From Bdellovibrionales bacterium (lineage in GTDB: Bacteria; Bdellovibrionota; Bdellovibrionia; Bdellovibrionales; UBA1609): DNA of 64,000 nucleotides. A program made the position numbers and the translations under genes. Location of the stretch: assembly GCA_050246815.1 (NCBI GenBank), contig JBFWVI010000007.1:17983-81982 (forward strand). Direction: 5' to 3'. This document shows, one piece after another, positions 37,900-46,709 of the stretch (the first letter of the stretch is position 1; each line of letters starts with the position of its first letter). The notes beneath the pieces were generated by a model. It saw only the letters and a program-made list of their open reading frames with translations, did not search any database and was not told where the DNA came from.

Positions 37900-40002
37900 A
37901 TGAAACGTGGACTCTCCATTCGCTATAAATTCTTATTGGTGACCACTGCGCTTTTGGTCTTTTGCGTGACGGTTTATCTGTTTATGGCCACGCAAGTCTT
38001 TCGTAAAGATAAAAAAGAATTGGTTTACGACTTGAACCGCAGTTTGGTGACGAACTTAGCTTCAGATCTGGATTCGGTTTTCGCTTCGGCCACCGACAAG
38101 ATGCGATTGGCCGCTTATTTTTTTTACGCCCGTGATGAGCGCAACCTGGCGATCCTGCGCGAGTTGTTGGCCGCCAGCCAAGATATTGTTTACGTTGGCG
38201 GCAGTGAAGGTTTCGACAAAATGAGCAAACGCTTTTTTCAAAGCCAAAATTTCGTCGAAACCTATGCGTTGCCAGAGGACTTTTTTGAAACAGTTTTGAA
38301 TGAACAAAAGCCGGTGCCTTTTGCGCGATTGCAGGCCGAAGGTGAGGCGATTTGGAACGCCAGCATCGGCAATGATGGCCCGCCTTTGATCGGCTATGGC
38401 AAGAGCGTGGTTTTAGAGGGTGCCGATGGCAAGCCCAGCGCTCACTATGCGGTGGTGGCATTTTTGCGCGCGGACCGTGTGTTGAAGGCGCTCCGTCAGG
38501 TGCGCTTAAACCAGGCTATGATTACCAATCAGTCAGGTGAAGTCTTGGCTCATCCGGATGCGCAGGTTTTGATTCAAGGTGATGATCCAAGCGTGAAGGA
38601 ACTTATCACCAAAGCGCAAAGCAATCCTGTCAAATCCAGCGTGATGCCCTACATGGAAGGGGGGCAGGAGTTTTTAGGGGCCTACGCTCGTGCCGCGAAC
38701 AATCGGCTGCTGGTTTTGTCCCGGGTTTCCAGCCGATCGGCATTCGCGGTGGTGAATCAGTTTTTAGCGCGTTCGGGGCTTGTGGCGTTGATGGTTTTGA
38801 ACCTTGCTTTTATTGCCGCGATTTTATTCTCGCGCTCTTTGACTCGCCCTTTGCAGGCCCTTATGGATGGCATGGAAAAAGTGGGTGAAGGTGAATTGTC
38901 GACACAGATCGAAGTGCGCTCACGTGATGAGATCGCCGCCTTGGCGAAATCGTTCAATGGCATGATTCGCGAGATCAAAAATTCGCGGGAGGCCTTGGAA
39001 GAAATTAACCGCGAGTTGGAAAATAAAGTTCGCGAGCGCACGCAGCAGTTAGAGAAACAAAACCAAGCGGTCAAGTCAGCACAAGAAAATTTACTCAAGA
39101 CCACGCGTTTGGCCGCCGTCGGTGAGATCGCCGGACGTGCGGCGCATGAGGTGTTAAACCCCTTGACCACAATCTTGGCACGTTTAGAGCGTTTACAGGC
39201 ACGATTAGGGCAAACGAACGGGGCCGAGCTGAATTTGCTGCGCGACATGGTCTTAAGTTGGCGCAAAGATTTTAGCGCGGGCGGATTTGATCAATTGGTG
39301 AAGGCCTGGAAAGCTCCGTCGCAGATCAATGTCAAAGCGACCTTGTGGGATGAGGATTTAGAAAATATCGAAGCTGTGCAAAAGCAGCTGGGTGAAGAGT
39401 TGGCTCGGGTCACTCAAGATGCGGACTTTTTGCATCGCGAAGCCCAGCGCATTGGCCGCATCGTGCAGGCGATGCGCGGATTGAGCATTGTCGAATCCGC
39501 CAAAGAACGTCATGACTTGGCGAAACTTTGCGAGGACGCGGTCAACATCATGAATGATTTGGCTTCGCAGCACAACACTCAAATCATTCTGGATTGCGCC
39601 GTAAAGCCCGCGTGGACCATTTTAGACCAAGACGAATTTTTGCAAAGTTTGACCAACATGGTCCGTAATAGCATTCAGGCTATCCGTGAGAGACAAAATT
39701 TTCAACCACAACACGCGGGACGTGTCGAGCTGCACCTAGTTGCGGCGGGCAACCAATGGCAATTGCGGGTGCGTGACAACGGTGCCGGTATCAAACCCGA
39801 GGACCAGAAAAAACTATTTGAAAATCAGTTCAGCACAAAGCCGCGCTCAGAAGGCACCGGTTTGGGATTGAATATCAGTCGTCGGTTCATCCGAGGCGCG
39901 GGCGGCGATATTGTTTTGGAACATTCTAAAGAAGGACAAGAAACTTGTTTTGTTGTCACTTTGCCGATAGCGGATGTGGCAAACAACAGAGGTGTGGCAT
40001 GA
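37900..40002 (+). CDS. Cache/HAMP sensor histidine kinase
   Basis: Two TMs around a Cache-like domain, HAMP (DEIAALAKSFN), AAHEVLNPL H-box, NSIQA, DNGAGI, FSTK, GTGLGL. Confidence 0.9.
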   Translation: MKRGLSIRYKFLLVTTALLVFCVTVYLFMATQVFRKDKKELVYDLNRSLVTNLASDLDSVFASATDKMRLAAYFFYARDERNLAILRELLAASQDIVYVGGSEGFDKMSKRFFQSQNFVETYALPEDFFETVLNEQKPVPFARLQAEGEAIWNASIGNDGPPLIGYGKSVVLEGADGKPSAHYAVVAFLRADRVLKALRQVRLNQAMITNQSGEVLAHPDAQVLIQGDDPSVKELITKAQSNPVKSSVMPYMEGGQEFLGAYARAANNRLLVLSRVSSRSAFAVVNQFLARSGLVALMVLNLAFIAAILFSRSLTRPLQALMDGMEKVGEGELSTQIEVRSRDEIAALAKSFNGMIREIKNSREALEEINRELENKVRERTQQLEKQNQAVKSAQENLLKTTRLAAVGEIAGRAAHEVLNPLTTILARLERLQARLGQTNGAELNLLRDMVLSWRKDFSAGGFDQLVKAWKAPSQINVKATLWDEDLENIEAVQKQLGEELARVTQDADFLHREAQRIGRIVQAMRGLSIVESAKERHDLAKLCEDAVNIMNDLASQHNTQIILDCAVKPAWTILDQDEFLQSLTNMVRNSIQAIRERQNFQPQHAGRVELHLVAAGNQWQLRVRDNGAGIKPEDQKKLFENQFSTKPRSEGTGLGLNISRRFIRGAGGDIVLEHSKEGQETCFVVTLPIADVANNRGVA

Positions 40003-41288
40003 GTCAGGCATTCAAAGTTAAACCGAAGCAACCCGAGGTCGGCAAGCGACCTGAGCACAAATGGAATAACCGAATCCTGGTTGTTGAAGATGAGCGCGAG
40101 ATCGGCCGCTTGTACAACGAGATCTTAAGCTCGCCGCCTTCGACGGTTGTGCCCCTGCGATCTTCGCGGCAGGCGCCGCAAGTCAACAACGCAGTTCCTA
40201 AATCCACACCCCCGGGCGCCGAGTTTTCAGTTACGGTGGTTCATTCGCCAGAAGAAGCTATGGCCCAAGTCAAGCATGCCATGCAAAAGAATGAACCTTT
40301 CGCGATGGGATTCTTTGACGTTCTTTTGGGGGCCAAACAAGACGGCATCGAACTGGTGCGCGAGCTGCACAAGCTGGATCCATTGCTTTATGCGGTTTTT
40401 GTAACCGCCTATCAAGATCGTTCGGTGGATGCCATTAAAGGTGTTTTGGATATCGCCAAAAACGCGCATTGGGATTATTTGAGCAAGCCCTTCAGTGCCG
40501 GCGAGATCTTGCAAAAGGCGCGCAATTTCATCAGTCTTTGGAATTTAAGCCGTGAGCGTGAGATCCGCGAAGACTTGCTTGCCGAAGCTCATCGTCGTCT
40601 GCTTGAGTACGAACGATCAAGTTCAGTGGCAGCCGTCGCACGCGGGGTCAGTCACGAGTTTGGCAATATTTTGATGCAGATTATGGGCAAAGCCGATTTA
40701 GCCCGCAAAAAAAATGAGAAAGACATGCGCGAGAGCCTTGAGCTGATTTTAGAATCCAGTCATCGCGCTTCGGAAATTTTGGATCGCTTTAAACATTTAG
40801 CAAATCCAGCTGAGATGCAAAATCCAAAGGCACCGGTTTCAGTTTGTGCCCTGGTGGATGAGGCCATTGATTTGATGGAGCATGGACTGCGAACCAACAA
40901 TGTGAAGGCATGCAAAATCAAAATGGATCCGGTCGAAGTGGTGGGCAACGCGACTTCGTTGTTGCAGGTGTTGGTGAATTTAACCATCAATTCGATCCAC
41001 GCCATGGAGCACGGTGGGCAAATTGACTACAGCGTGATGGCGGTTTCAGACGGGGCCGAAATTCGCGTGCGCGACTATGGGCCGGGCGTCAAACCCGAAT
41101 TGTTAGAAAAAGTATTCGAACCCTTTTTTACCACCAAGGGCGAAAAAGGCACTGGGCTTGGGCTGGCGATCTGTCGCGAGATCGTCGAGATCGAGCATCG
41201 CGGTCAGCTGACCTTGCAAAACCACGGAGTCAAAGGCCTTGAAGTGGTGATTCGAATCGGCAAAGGAGGCGACGATGAGACCGCCTGA
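39999..41288 (+). CDS. Hybrid receiver-histidine kinase
   Basis: REC (LVVEDE, FFDVLL, VTAY, KPF) plus HEFGN H-box plus HATPase (FFTTK, GTGLGL); ATGA overlap. Confidence 0.88.
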   Translation: MSQAFKVKPKQPEVGKRPEHKWNNRILVVEDEREIGRLYNEILSSPPSTVVPLRSSRQAPQVNNAVPKSTPPGAEFSVTVVHSPEEAMAQVKHAMQKNEPFAMGFFDVLLGAKQDGIELVRELHKLDPLLYAVFVTAYQDRSVDAIKGVLDIAKNAHWDYLSKPFSAGEILQKARNFISLWNLSREREIREDLLAEAHRRLLEYERSSSVAAVARGVSHEFGNILMQIMGKADLARKKNEKDMRESLELILESSHRASEILDRFKHLANPAEMQNPKAPVSVCALVDEAIDLMEHGLRTNNVKACKIKMDPVEVVGNATSLLQVLVNLTINSIHAMEHGGQIDYSVMAVSDGAEIRVRDYGPGVKPELLEKVFEPFFTTKGEKGTGLGLAICREIVEIEHRGQLTLQNHGVKGLEVVIRIGKGGDDETA

Positions 41289-41697
41289 TTTAGACACACC
41301 GATTTTATTAATCGATGATGACGCCCTGGTGCGCAGCGTGTTGCTGGAGTACCTGCAAAGCTTCGGCTTTCGCTACATCATTGACACCAAGGATCCCGAA
41401 AAAGCCTTGCGACTGATCAAAGATCCCAAAGTGAGCATCGGGTTGGTGCTTTCGGATTGGGAAATGCCGGGTTTGAGTGGTTTGACTTTGCTTAAAGCCA
41501 TGCGCAATTGTACGCACCGTAAGCGCACCCGTTTTATCATGGTCACCTCACAACAATCGATGGAGCGTTTCAAGGTGACTCAGGCCGCCCAATATAAAGT
41601 GAGTTCATACTTGGTGAAGCCTTTTCAAGCGGCAGTTTTGAAGGAACGAATTTGGAAAGTGATGGGCTGGGAGAAAGATGAGCAACAGGCAGGCTAA
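41275..41697 (+). CDS. Single-domain CheY-like response regulator
   Basis: LLIDDD, LSDWEMPGLSG, IMVTS, YLVKPF. Confidence 0.9.
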   Translation: MRPPDLDTPILLIDDDALVRSVLLEYLQSFGFRYIIDTKDPEKALRLIKDPKVSIGLVLSDWEMPGLSGLTLLKAMRNCTHRKRTRFIMVTSQQSMERFKVTQAAQYKVSSYLVKPFQAAVLKERIWKVMGWEKDEQQAG

Positions 41698-43303
41698 GCT
41701 TGCTCAATTTGGGATATGCCTATTTTGCGGTTTGTTGTTTCAGCAAGCTGACGCCATCACTTTGTCTGAAGACTTCTCATCTAACAGCCGCCAAGATCCA
41801 CCTTCAACTTTGGTGTGGAACACAGTCCTGGGGCGCCTGCATCCGCCTTTGCAGGTCTTTCAGTATTCAGACGGCGGTCTTCAAAATAAAAATTTTTCTG
41901 TCGGTTCAGGCCAGCATGGCGCTTTTGAACCCAGTCGCTACGCGGAATTCAGTTCGGGTGGCGATGTCAGCGGCAATATTATTCGTTTAGACACCTCGGT
42001 TTATCAGACCCTCGAACTAACCCGCTTTCAATTGGATGCAGGCTGGACTTTGCAACCCATCGGCAATCAACCATTGATTGTGCGCGTGCTTGGAGCGGTG
42101 ACCATTGCGGGGGTGATCGATTGCTCAGGGCAAAATGGTGAAGATCAAAATGGCACGCCGACGGTGGCACCAGCAGGTGGCGCTGGCCGTTGCAGCGGTG
42201 GAGCTGGCGGGGCTGGCGGAACGACCACGGCCAACGGGGGTAATGGTTCGAATGGCGGGCCGCAAATTCCCAACGGTGTTGGTCCGGGCGTGGATGGGCC
42301 CACGGCTGGGGTCGGGGCCACAGGCACCGGCTCGGGCGGCGGTGGAGGCGGTACCTATGTGCCCAGCCGGGGCGTTAGTGACGACTCTGCGGCGGGCCTT
42401 GGTGCCACTCCAGGCGCGGCCGGTTTTATGGTGGCCGACAATGACTTTGATTATGAGGGCGGTGGTTTTGGCGGCGGCGGTGGCAGTCATTACAATGCCG
42501 GCGCGCCAGCGCAAAACTCGGCCGGGGCTGGCGGCGGCGGCGGCGGCGGTTTGATTTGGTTCACAGCTGTTGGTGACATTGTGATCGAGGGTTCGGTGCT
42601 GGCCGACGGTGGCGACGGTGGAACGGGCACCAGTTTGGCGGGCGGCGGTGGCGGTGGTGCCGGCGGATCGATAGCGATGTTTGCGGGCGGCGATGTGATT
42701 TTAAGCACGGCCACAGTTTCGGCGGATGGCGGCGTGGGAGGAGGTCCTGCCGGCCGTTTGGGCGGTGATGGCGCGTCGGGACGCACCTGGTTGGTTGGTT
42801 CGAGCGGCTATTCCACTGGCGGTCCGCCGTTCGAATTTCCTGACCCCACGGTGACAGACGTAGGAACTGTGGGTTATCAAACGGGTTCTTTCACGGCCAC
42901 CAGTCTTGAAAATGACATTGGCAACAGCGGGCCCACCTTGACGACGGTGAATACCGTCAGCACTTTACCTGGCGCAAGCACCTTAACGGTGGAAGTGGCC
43001 ACCGACTCGCAGACTGGCTTTACACCCGTGTGGCAGGCCACCACGGCACTGCCTTTAGAAGTCGAGCGTTTGGCCCGCTTTCGTGTGACGTTGAATAATG
43101 CGGTGGTCGCCACGCCTGCCTTTTTGGACACCCTGACGTTTGAGTTTGATGGGGTGCAAGCAAATGAATTTAACTTCGTCAGTGCATGTGGCGCTGTGAA
43201 AACACCACGTGATTTAAGGTTTAACGATAAATTATTCTGGTTGGTCTTCTTTTTGTTGCCGCTATGGAGCTATTTGCAGCTTCGTTCGCCAAGTCGACGC
43301 TAG
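41678..43303 (+). CDS. Glycine-rich exported surface protein with a C-terminal Cys-TM-basic sorting tail
   Basis: Signal peptide; GGGGGG-x-I...I.A.GG.GG repeats; ends SACG...FWLVFFLLPLW...RSPSRR. Confidence 0.7.
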   Translation: MSNRQAKLAQFGICLFCGLLFQQADAITLSEDFSSNSRQDPPSTLVWNTVLGRLHPPLQVFQYSDGGLQNKNFSVGSGQHGAFEPSRYAEFSSGGDVSGNIIRLDTSVYQTLELTRFQLDAGWTLQPIGNQPLIVRVLGAVTIAGVIDCSGQNGEDQNGTPTVAPAGGAGRCSGGAGGAGGTTTANGGNGSNGGPQIPNGVGPGVDGPTAGVGATGTGSGGGGGGTYVPSRGVSDDSAAGLGATPGAAGFMVADNDFDYEGGGFGGGGGSHYNAGAPAQNSAGAGGGGGGGLIWFTAVGDIVIEGSVLADGGDGGTGTSLAGGGGGGAGGSIAMFAGGDVILSTATVSADGGVGGGPAGRLGGDGASGRTWLVGSSGYSTGGPPFEFPDPTVTDVGTVGYQTGSFTATSLENDIGNSGPTLTTVNTVSTLPGASTLTVEVATDSQTGFTPVWQATTALPLEVERLARFRVTLNNAVVATPAFLDTLTFEFDGVQANEFNFVSACGAVKTPRDLRFNDKLFWLVFFLLPLWSYLQLRSPSRR

Positions 43304-43304
43304 C

Positions 43305-45635
43305 TCACCAGTTTTTTCCAAGCTGTAAACCAAGTTGAATGGACGAAGCCTTTAGATCACCAAAGCTAAAGCTTAAGTTGAATTCACCACCGACAAAGAA
43401 CCCAGAGGTGAGTGGATACTGCCATTGGTTGTGGCTTCTTGCTTGGGTAAAGTCATCTGCAAACACCAAGTGCAGGGAGTGCTGGCGTTTGAAATCTGCG
43501 GCTTCAAGCTGACGCCAACCAAAGTGGGGGCCAAAACCAAAATGTGCTTTGCCGTCCAAGCGCTCGAGGTCGACACGCTCCAGTCGTGTGGTTTGCTGCA
43601 AAGTACCGCCATAAAACCATGGGCTTTGTTCATCGGCAAGACTCAAGCCCAAATGCCAATCCGTGCTGGACACGTCCTTTTGATATGGCCAAGTGGATTT
43701 GTTTTTAGGTTTCCAGGTGATGTTTTGCCAATCGCCAACCACCAGTAATTGAGTTTGCGACAAGTTCATATCCAAGTGAAAGCCCAGACCGGCAAATGAA
43801 CCACCTTGCAAATCCGCCGTCACCTGCTCTTGACCCTCTTGATGCTCGCTTTGGTAGACGCCTTGCCACCAAGCCGACGCCCGATGCACTCCCACGGGTC
43901 TTATTGGGCGCGCGGGGGGTGGCTTGGTGGTCGCCATTGGCGGCGGAACGACCACGGCCAAGTCAGGCGGCGGAGTTTCGGGTTCAGGAGCCTTTGCCGG
44001 TTTTACTTTTGCGGGCAATTCGATGGCCGGGGCGGTTTTCGTTCGAGCTGTATTCTTTGCCACTTGAGTTTTTGGCGATTTCGGTGGCGGCCAAATCGTC
44101 AGGTCCACTTTTTCAGGTAATGAGAACACACCCATGCGGCCCGAGTTTGCACCCCCTGCAACTCTATAGTAGTAAACTTGTTTATTGAAATTAGTCCAAG
44201 CATAAAAGTTGGTCGAAGTTTTTGCAATGATTTCGGGCGATTCAAAACTTGGTGAAGAAGAAATTTCAATCACATAGTGGTCCGCGCCGGGTAAGGCCTC
44301 CCAGTTGAATATCACGGGCGGCAAGGCTTTTTTAGTCTTAGTTTTACTTTTACTTTGGCCTTCCGCTGCGGGAATGAACAAGCTCCACAGCCAGTCCCAA
44401 GCATAGCGGCGTGAAGTGGGTGGGTGATAAGAAGCGCCATCTTCTTCAACCGCTGTTGGCGACCGCAGTTTGGGAGGCGCCAGTGGATCGGGTTCGCTGA
44501 AAATCGGGTAGGAGTATGCGGCGGGAATTAAAAAGTTTTCTTCATCGAATGCGGTCACGCGCCAAAACAAGGAGCCGCTTTCATTGATGGCCATTTGAAC
44601 GCGCGGGTCGGCACTGGGTTGGGTTTGAATCACCTGATTAAAATTCGCATCGCGCGCCAGCTCCAGTTTGTAAGAACCCACCTGCATTTCGCTCAACCAG
44701 CCAAATAGTGTGGGGTGATCGGTTTTCACCCGATCCCGCGGCAATGGTGTTAAGTGCACGATCTTGGGCGCCTTGAGAACTTGAATCGACAAGGTCTTCG
44801 AGATTTTATCCTTGTAAGCCAACGTCAAATGATAGCTGCCGGGCACAAACTCCAGATCAGCGCTGGATTGTTGCGATTTGACAGGCCATGCTTTTGCGCC
44901 GTGGGTGGGCGAGAGGACTTGTAGGGTGTCGGCTTGCCCCACCCATTCAAATTTGGCGTGAATCGGGAATTGGTGAGCATAGATTTTTTGCTCTTTGCCG
45001 TCTTGCCATTTGAGATCTTGGCTGGTGGTCACCACCTCGCTGGCCTCTTCAGGATAGAGCATCACTCGTTGTTCTGAGGTGACTTTGCGTTTCAGACCAT
45101 GCACGGCGTGTTGCACATCCACTTCGCCCGAATTGACCTCGACTTCGACGCGTCCCGAGTCCACCGCGCGCAGACTGAGATCCGCTCCAGGTGTAGCGGT
45201 GATCGCCCAATCGCCACTTTTTAACTGCACGCCCCGTGCGGGATTCTGCGCACGAAGATCGCCACGCGAAAATCTGAGGCGAAAGGGTTTGTCGATTTGC
45301 TCGTCCAAAGATTCCAGCACAACCAAAGTATTTTCGTGAAGCTCAATGTTGACATCACCTTGCAGCTTTAGCTTTGCCGTACTGCCGCTCAAGGTCAGAA
45401 TCGAATCGTTTTCAAAAAGGCGGTCGCGTGTTGCCGAGTCTTCCCAAATATTCGAATCAAAGCCACGGCGTCTGACGTTTTGCCGTGCGATTTGAACTTC
45501 GCCGATGGCGGCTCGATCGTGGCTGACGGTTGATCGTGATAGCCAGTGAACAGGTAACACGCCGACGTCGCCCAAAAAGAGCAACAACTCCAACGTGAAG
45601 GTTAAAATAGCAAAGGTCAGCAGACGGCGATCCAC
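43305..45635 (-). CDS. FecR-domain / FN3-like / C-terminal beta-barrel protein
   Basis: N-terminal TM, FecR pattern (LFENDSILT...IELHENTL), Ig-like repeats (FNWEALPGADHYVIEIS), Pro-rich linker, barrel ending LQLGKNW. Start GTG 45635 or TTG 45653. Confidence 0.7.
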   Translation of the reverse strand: MDRRLLTFAILTFTLELLLFLGDVGVLPVHWLSRSTVSHDRAAIGEVQIARQNVRRRGFDSNIWEDSATRDRLFENDSILTLSGSTAKLKLQGDVNIELHENTLVVLESLDEQIDKPFRLRFSRGDLRAQNPARGVQLKSGDWAITATPGADLSLRAVDSGRVEVEVNSGEVDVQHAVHGLKRKVTSEQRVMLYPEEASEVVTTSQDLKWQDGKEQKIYAHQFPIHAKFEWVGQADTLQVLSPTHGAKAWPVKSQQSSADLEFVPGSYHLTLAYKDKISKTLSIQVLKAPKIVHLTPLPRDRVKTDHPTLFGWLSEMQVGSYKLELARDANFNQVIQTQPSADPRVQMAINESGSLFWRVTAFDEENFLIPAAYSYPIFSEPDPLAPPKLRSPTAVEEDGASYHPPTSRRYAWDWLWSLFIPAAEGQSKSKTKTKKALPPVIFNWEALPGADHYVIEISSSPSFESPEIIAKTSTNFYAWTNFNKQVYYYRVAGGANSGRMGVFSLPEKVDLTIWPPPKSPKTQVAKNTARTKTAPAIELPAKVKPAKAPEPETPPPDLAVVVPPPMATTKPPPARPIRPVGVHRASAWWQGVYQSEHQEGQEQVTADLQGGSFAGLGFHLDMNLSQTQLLVVGDWQNITWKPKNKSTWPYQKDVSSTDWHLGLSLADEQSPWFYGGTLQQTTRLERVDLERLDGKAHFGFGPHFGWRQLEAADFKRQHSLHLVFADDFTQARSHNQWQYPLTSGFFVGGEFNLSFSFGDLKASSIQLGLQLGKNW

Positions 45636-45761
45636 ATTCTCTTTTCGGAACAAAACATCATCATATTGATATCTTCGTGCATGACCAGACCTTGGTCGCG
45701 AGCAGTGGTTTTGGCCAAGCTGGTCTTTGCTCCTTGGCTTAAGTCCATTTATCCTGATCCC

Positions 45762-46709
45762 ATGACCACGCAGTCAGGCTCGGCCACTCAACGCCGAATT
45801 TTAGTCGTCGAAGACGACCCGACCATCATGAATTTAATCAAGCAGGCCTTGGATGAGGCCGGTTATCAAACAGCCACCGCCAGTTCAGCGGCAGAAGCCA
45901 TACACTTGATGCGTTCTTACAAACCCAATTTAGTGCTGACCGATCAAGACATGCCCGGCTTGACGGGACTTGAGATGCTGCGTGAGTTGCGCCATCAGCT
46001 GAATTATGTGGCTTTGATTTTTGTTTCGGGACGATCGGATGCGCCGTTAGTTGCACAGGCTTTGCGTGCGGGCGCTGATGATTACATTCGCAAGCCCTTT
46101 CGCTTTGAAGAATTGTTGGCGCGTGTGGAGGCCTGTTTGCGTACCCACGATCTGCACCACGAGCTGCTTGACGCCAACCAAAAATTGCAAGAGATGGTCG
46201 AGCGGGATCACCTGACGGGTTTGTTCAATATGCGTTCGATGTATGATCGTATCGACGGCGAGTTGAAACGCGCGCAGCGCTTTGGCCGTCAATTGGCCTG
46301 TGTGATGATCGACATGGATCATTTCAAAAAAGTGAATGACGGCCATGACCATCTATTCGGTAGCTTCGTTTTGAAAGAGGCCGGCCACCTGATCCAAAAA
46401 ACCATGCGAGATTCAGACTTTGCCGCGCGCTATGGCGGTGACGAATTTTTGGTGGTGTTGACGGACACGGATGGCAAAGGGGCAAAAGTTTTTTGCGAGC
46501 GGATGCGTGAAAAAGTTCAACAACACACATTTGACGATGGCAAAAGCCAAATGAAACTGACCATGAGCTTGGGTTGCGCTGTATCAAAGTTGAATCAGGC
46601 GGTGGATGCCCGCCAATTGGTTCGCGCCGCAGATCACGCTCTTTATCGTGCTAAAGAGGCCGGGCGCAACCGCGTCGAGTTGACCGAAGATCCGTCGACG
46701 CCGCCGTGA
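45762..46709 (+). CDS. REC-GGDEF diguanylate cyclase
   Basis: REC (VVEDD, TDQDMPG, DDYIRKPF); DHLTGLFN, DMDHFKKVND, RDSD I-site, RYGGDEF. Confidence 0.93.
   Translation: MTTQSGSATQRRILVVEDDPTIMNLIKQALDEAGYQTATASSAAEAIHLMRSYKPNLVLTDQDMPGLTGLEMLRELRHQLNYVALIFVSGRSDAPLVAQALRAGADDYIRKPFRFEELLARVEACLRTHDLHHELLDANQKLQEMVERDHLTGLFNMRSMYDRIDGELKRAQRFGRQLACVMIDMDHFKKVNDGHDHLFGSFVLKEAGHLIQKTMRDSDFAARYGGDEFLVVLTDTDGKGAKVFCERMREKVQQHTFDDGKSQMKLTMSLGCAVSKLNQAVDARQLVRAADHALYRAKEAGRNRVELTEDPSTPP

Noticed and set aside
42460..42780. (GGC)n tandem repeats
   Set aside because: Simply encode the poly-Gly tracts of the surface protein; not a CRISPR array or an evident contingency locus.
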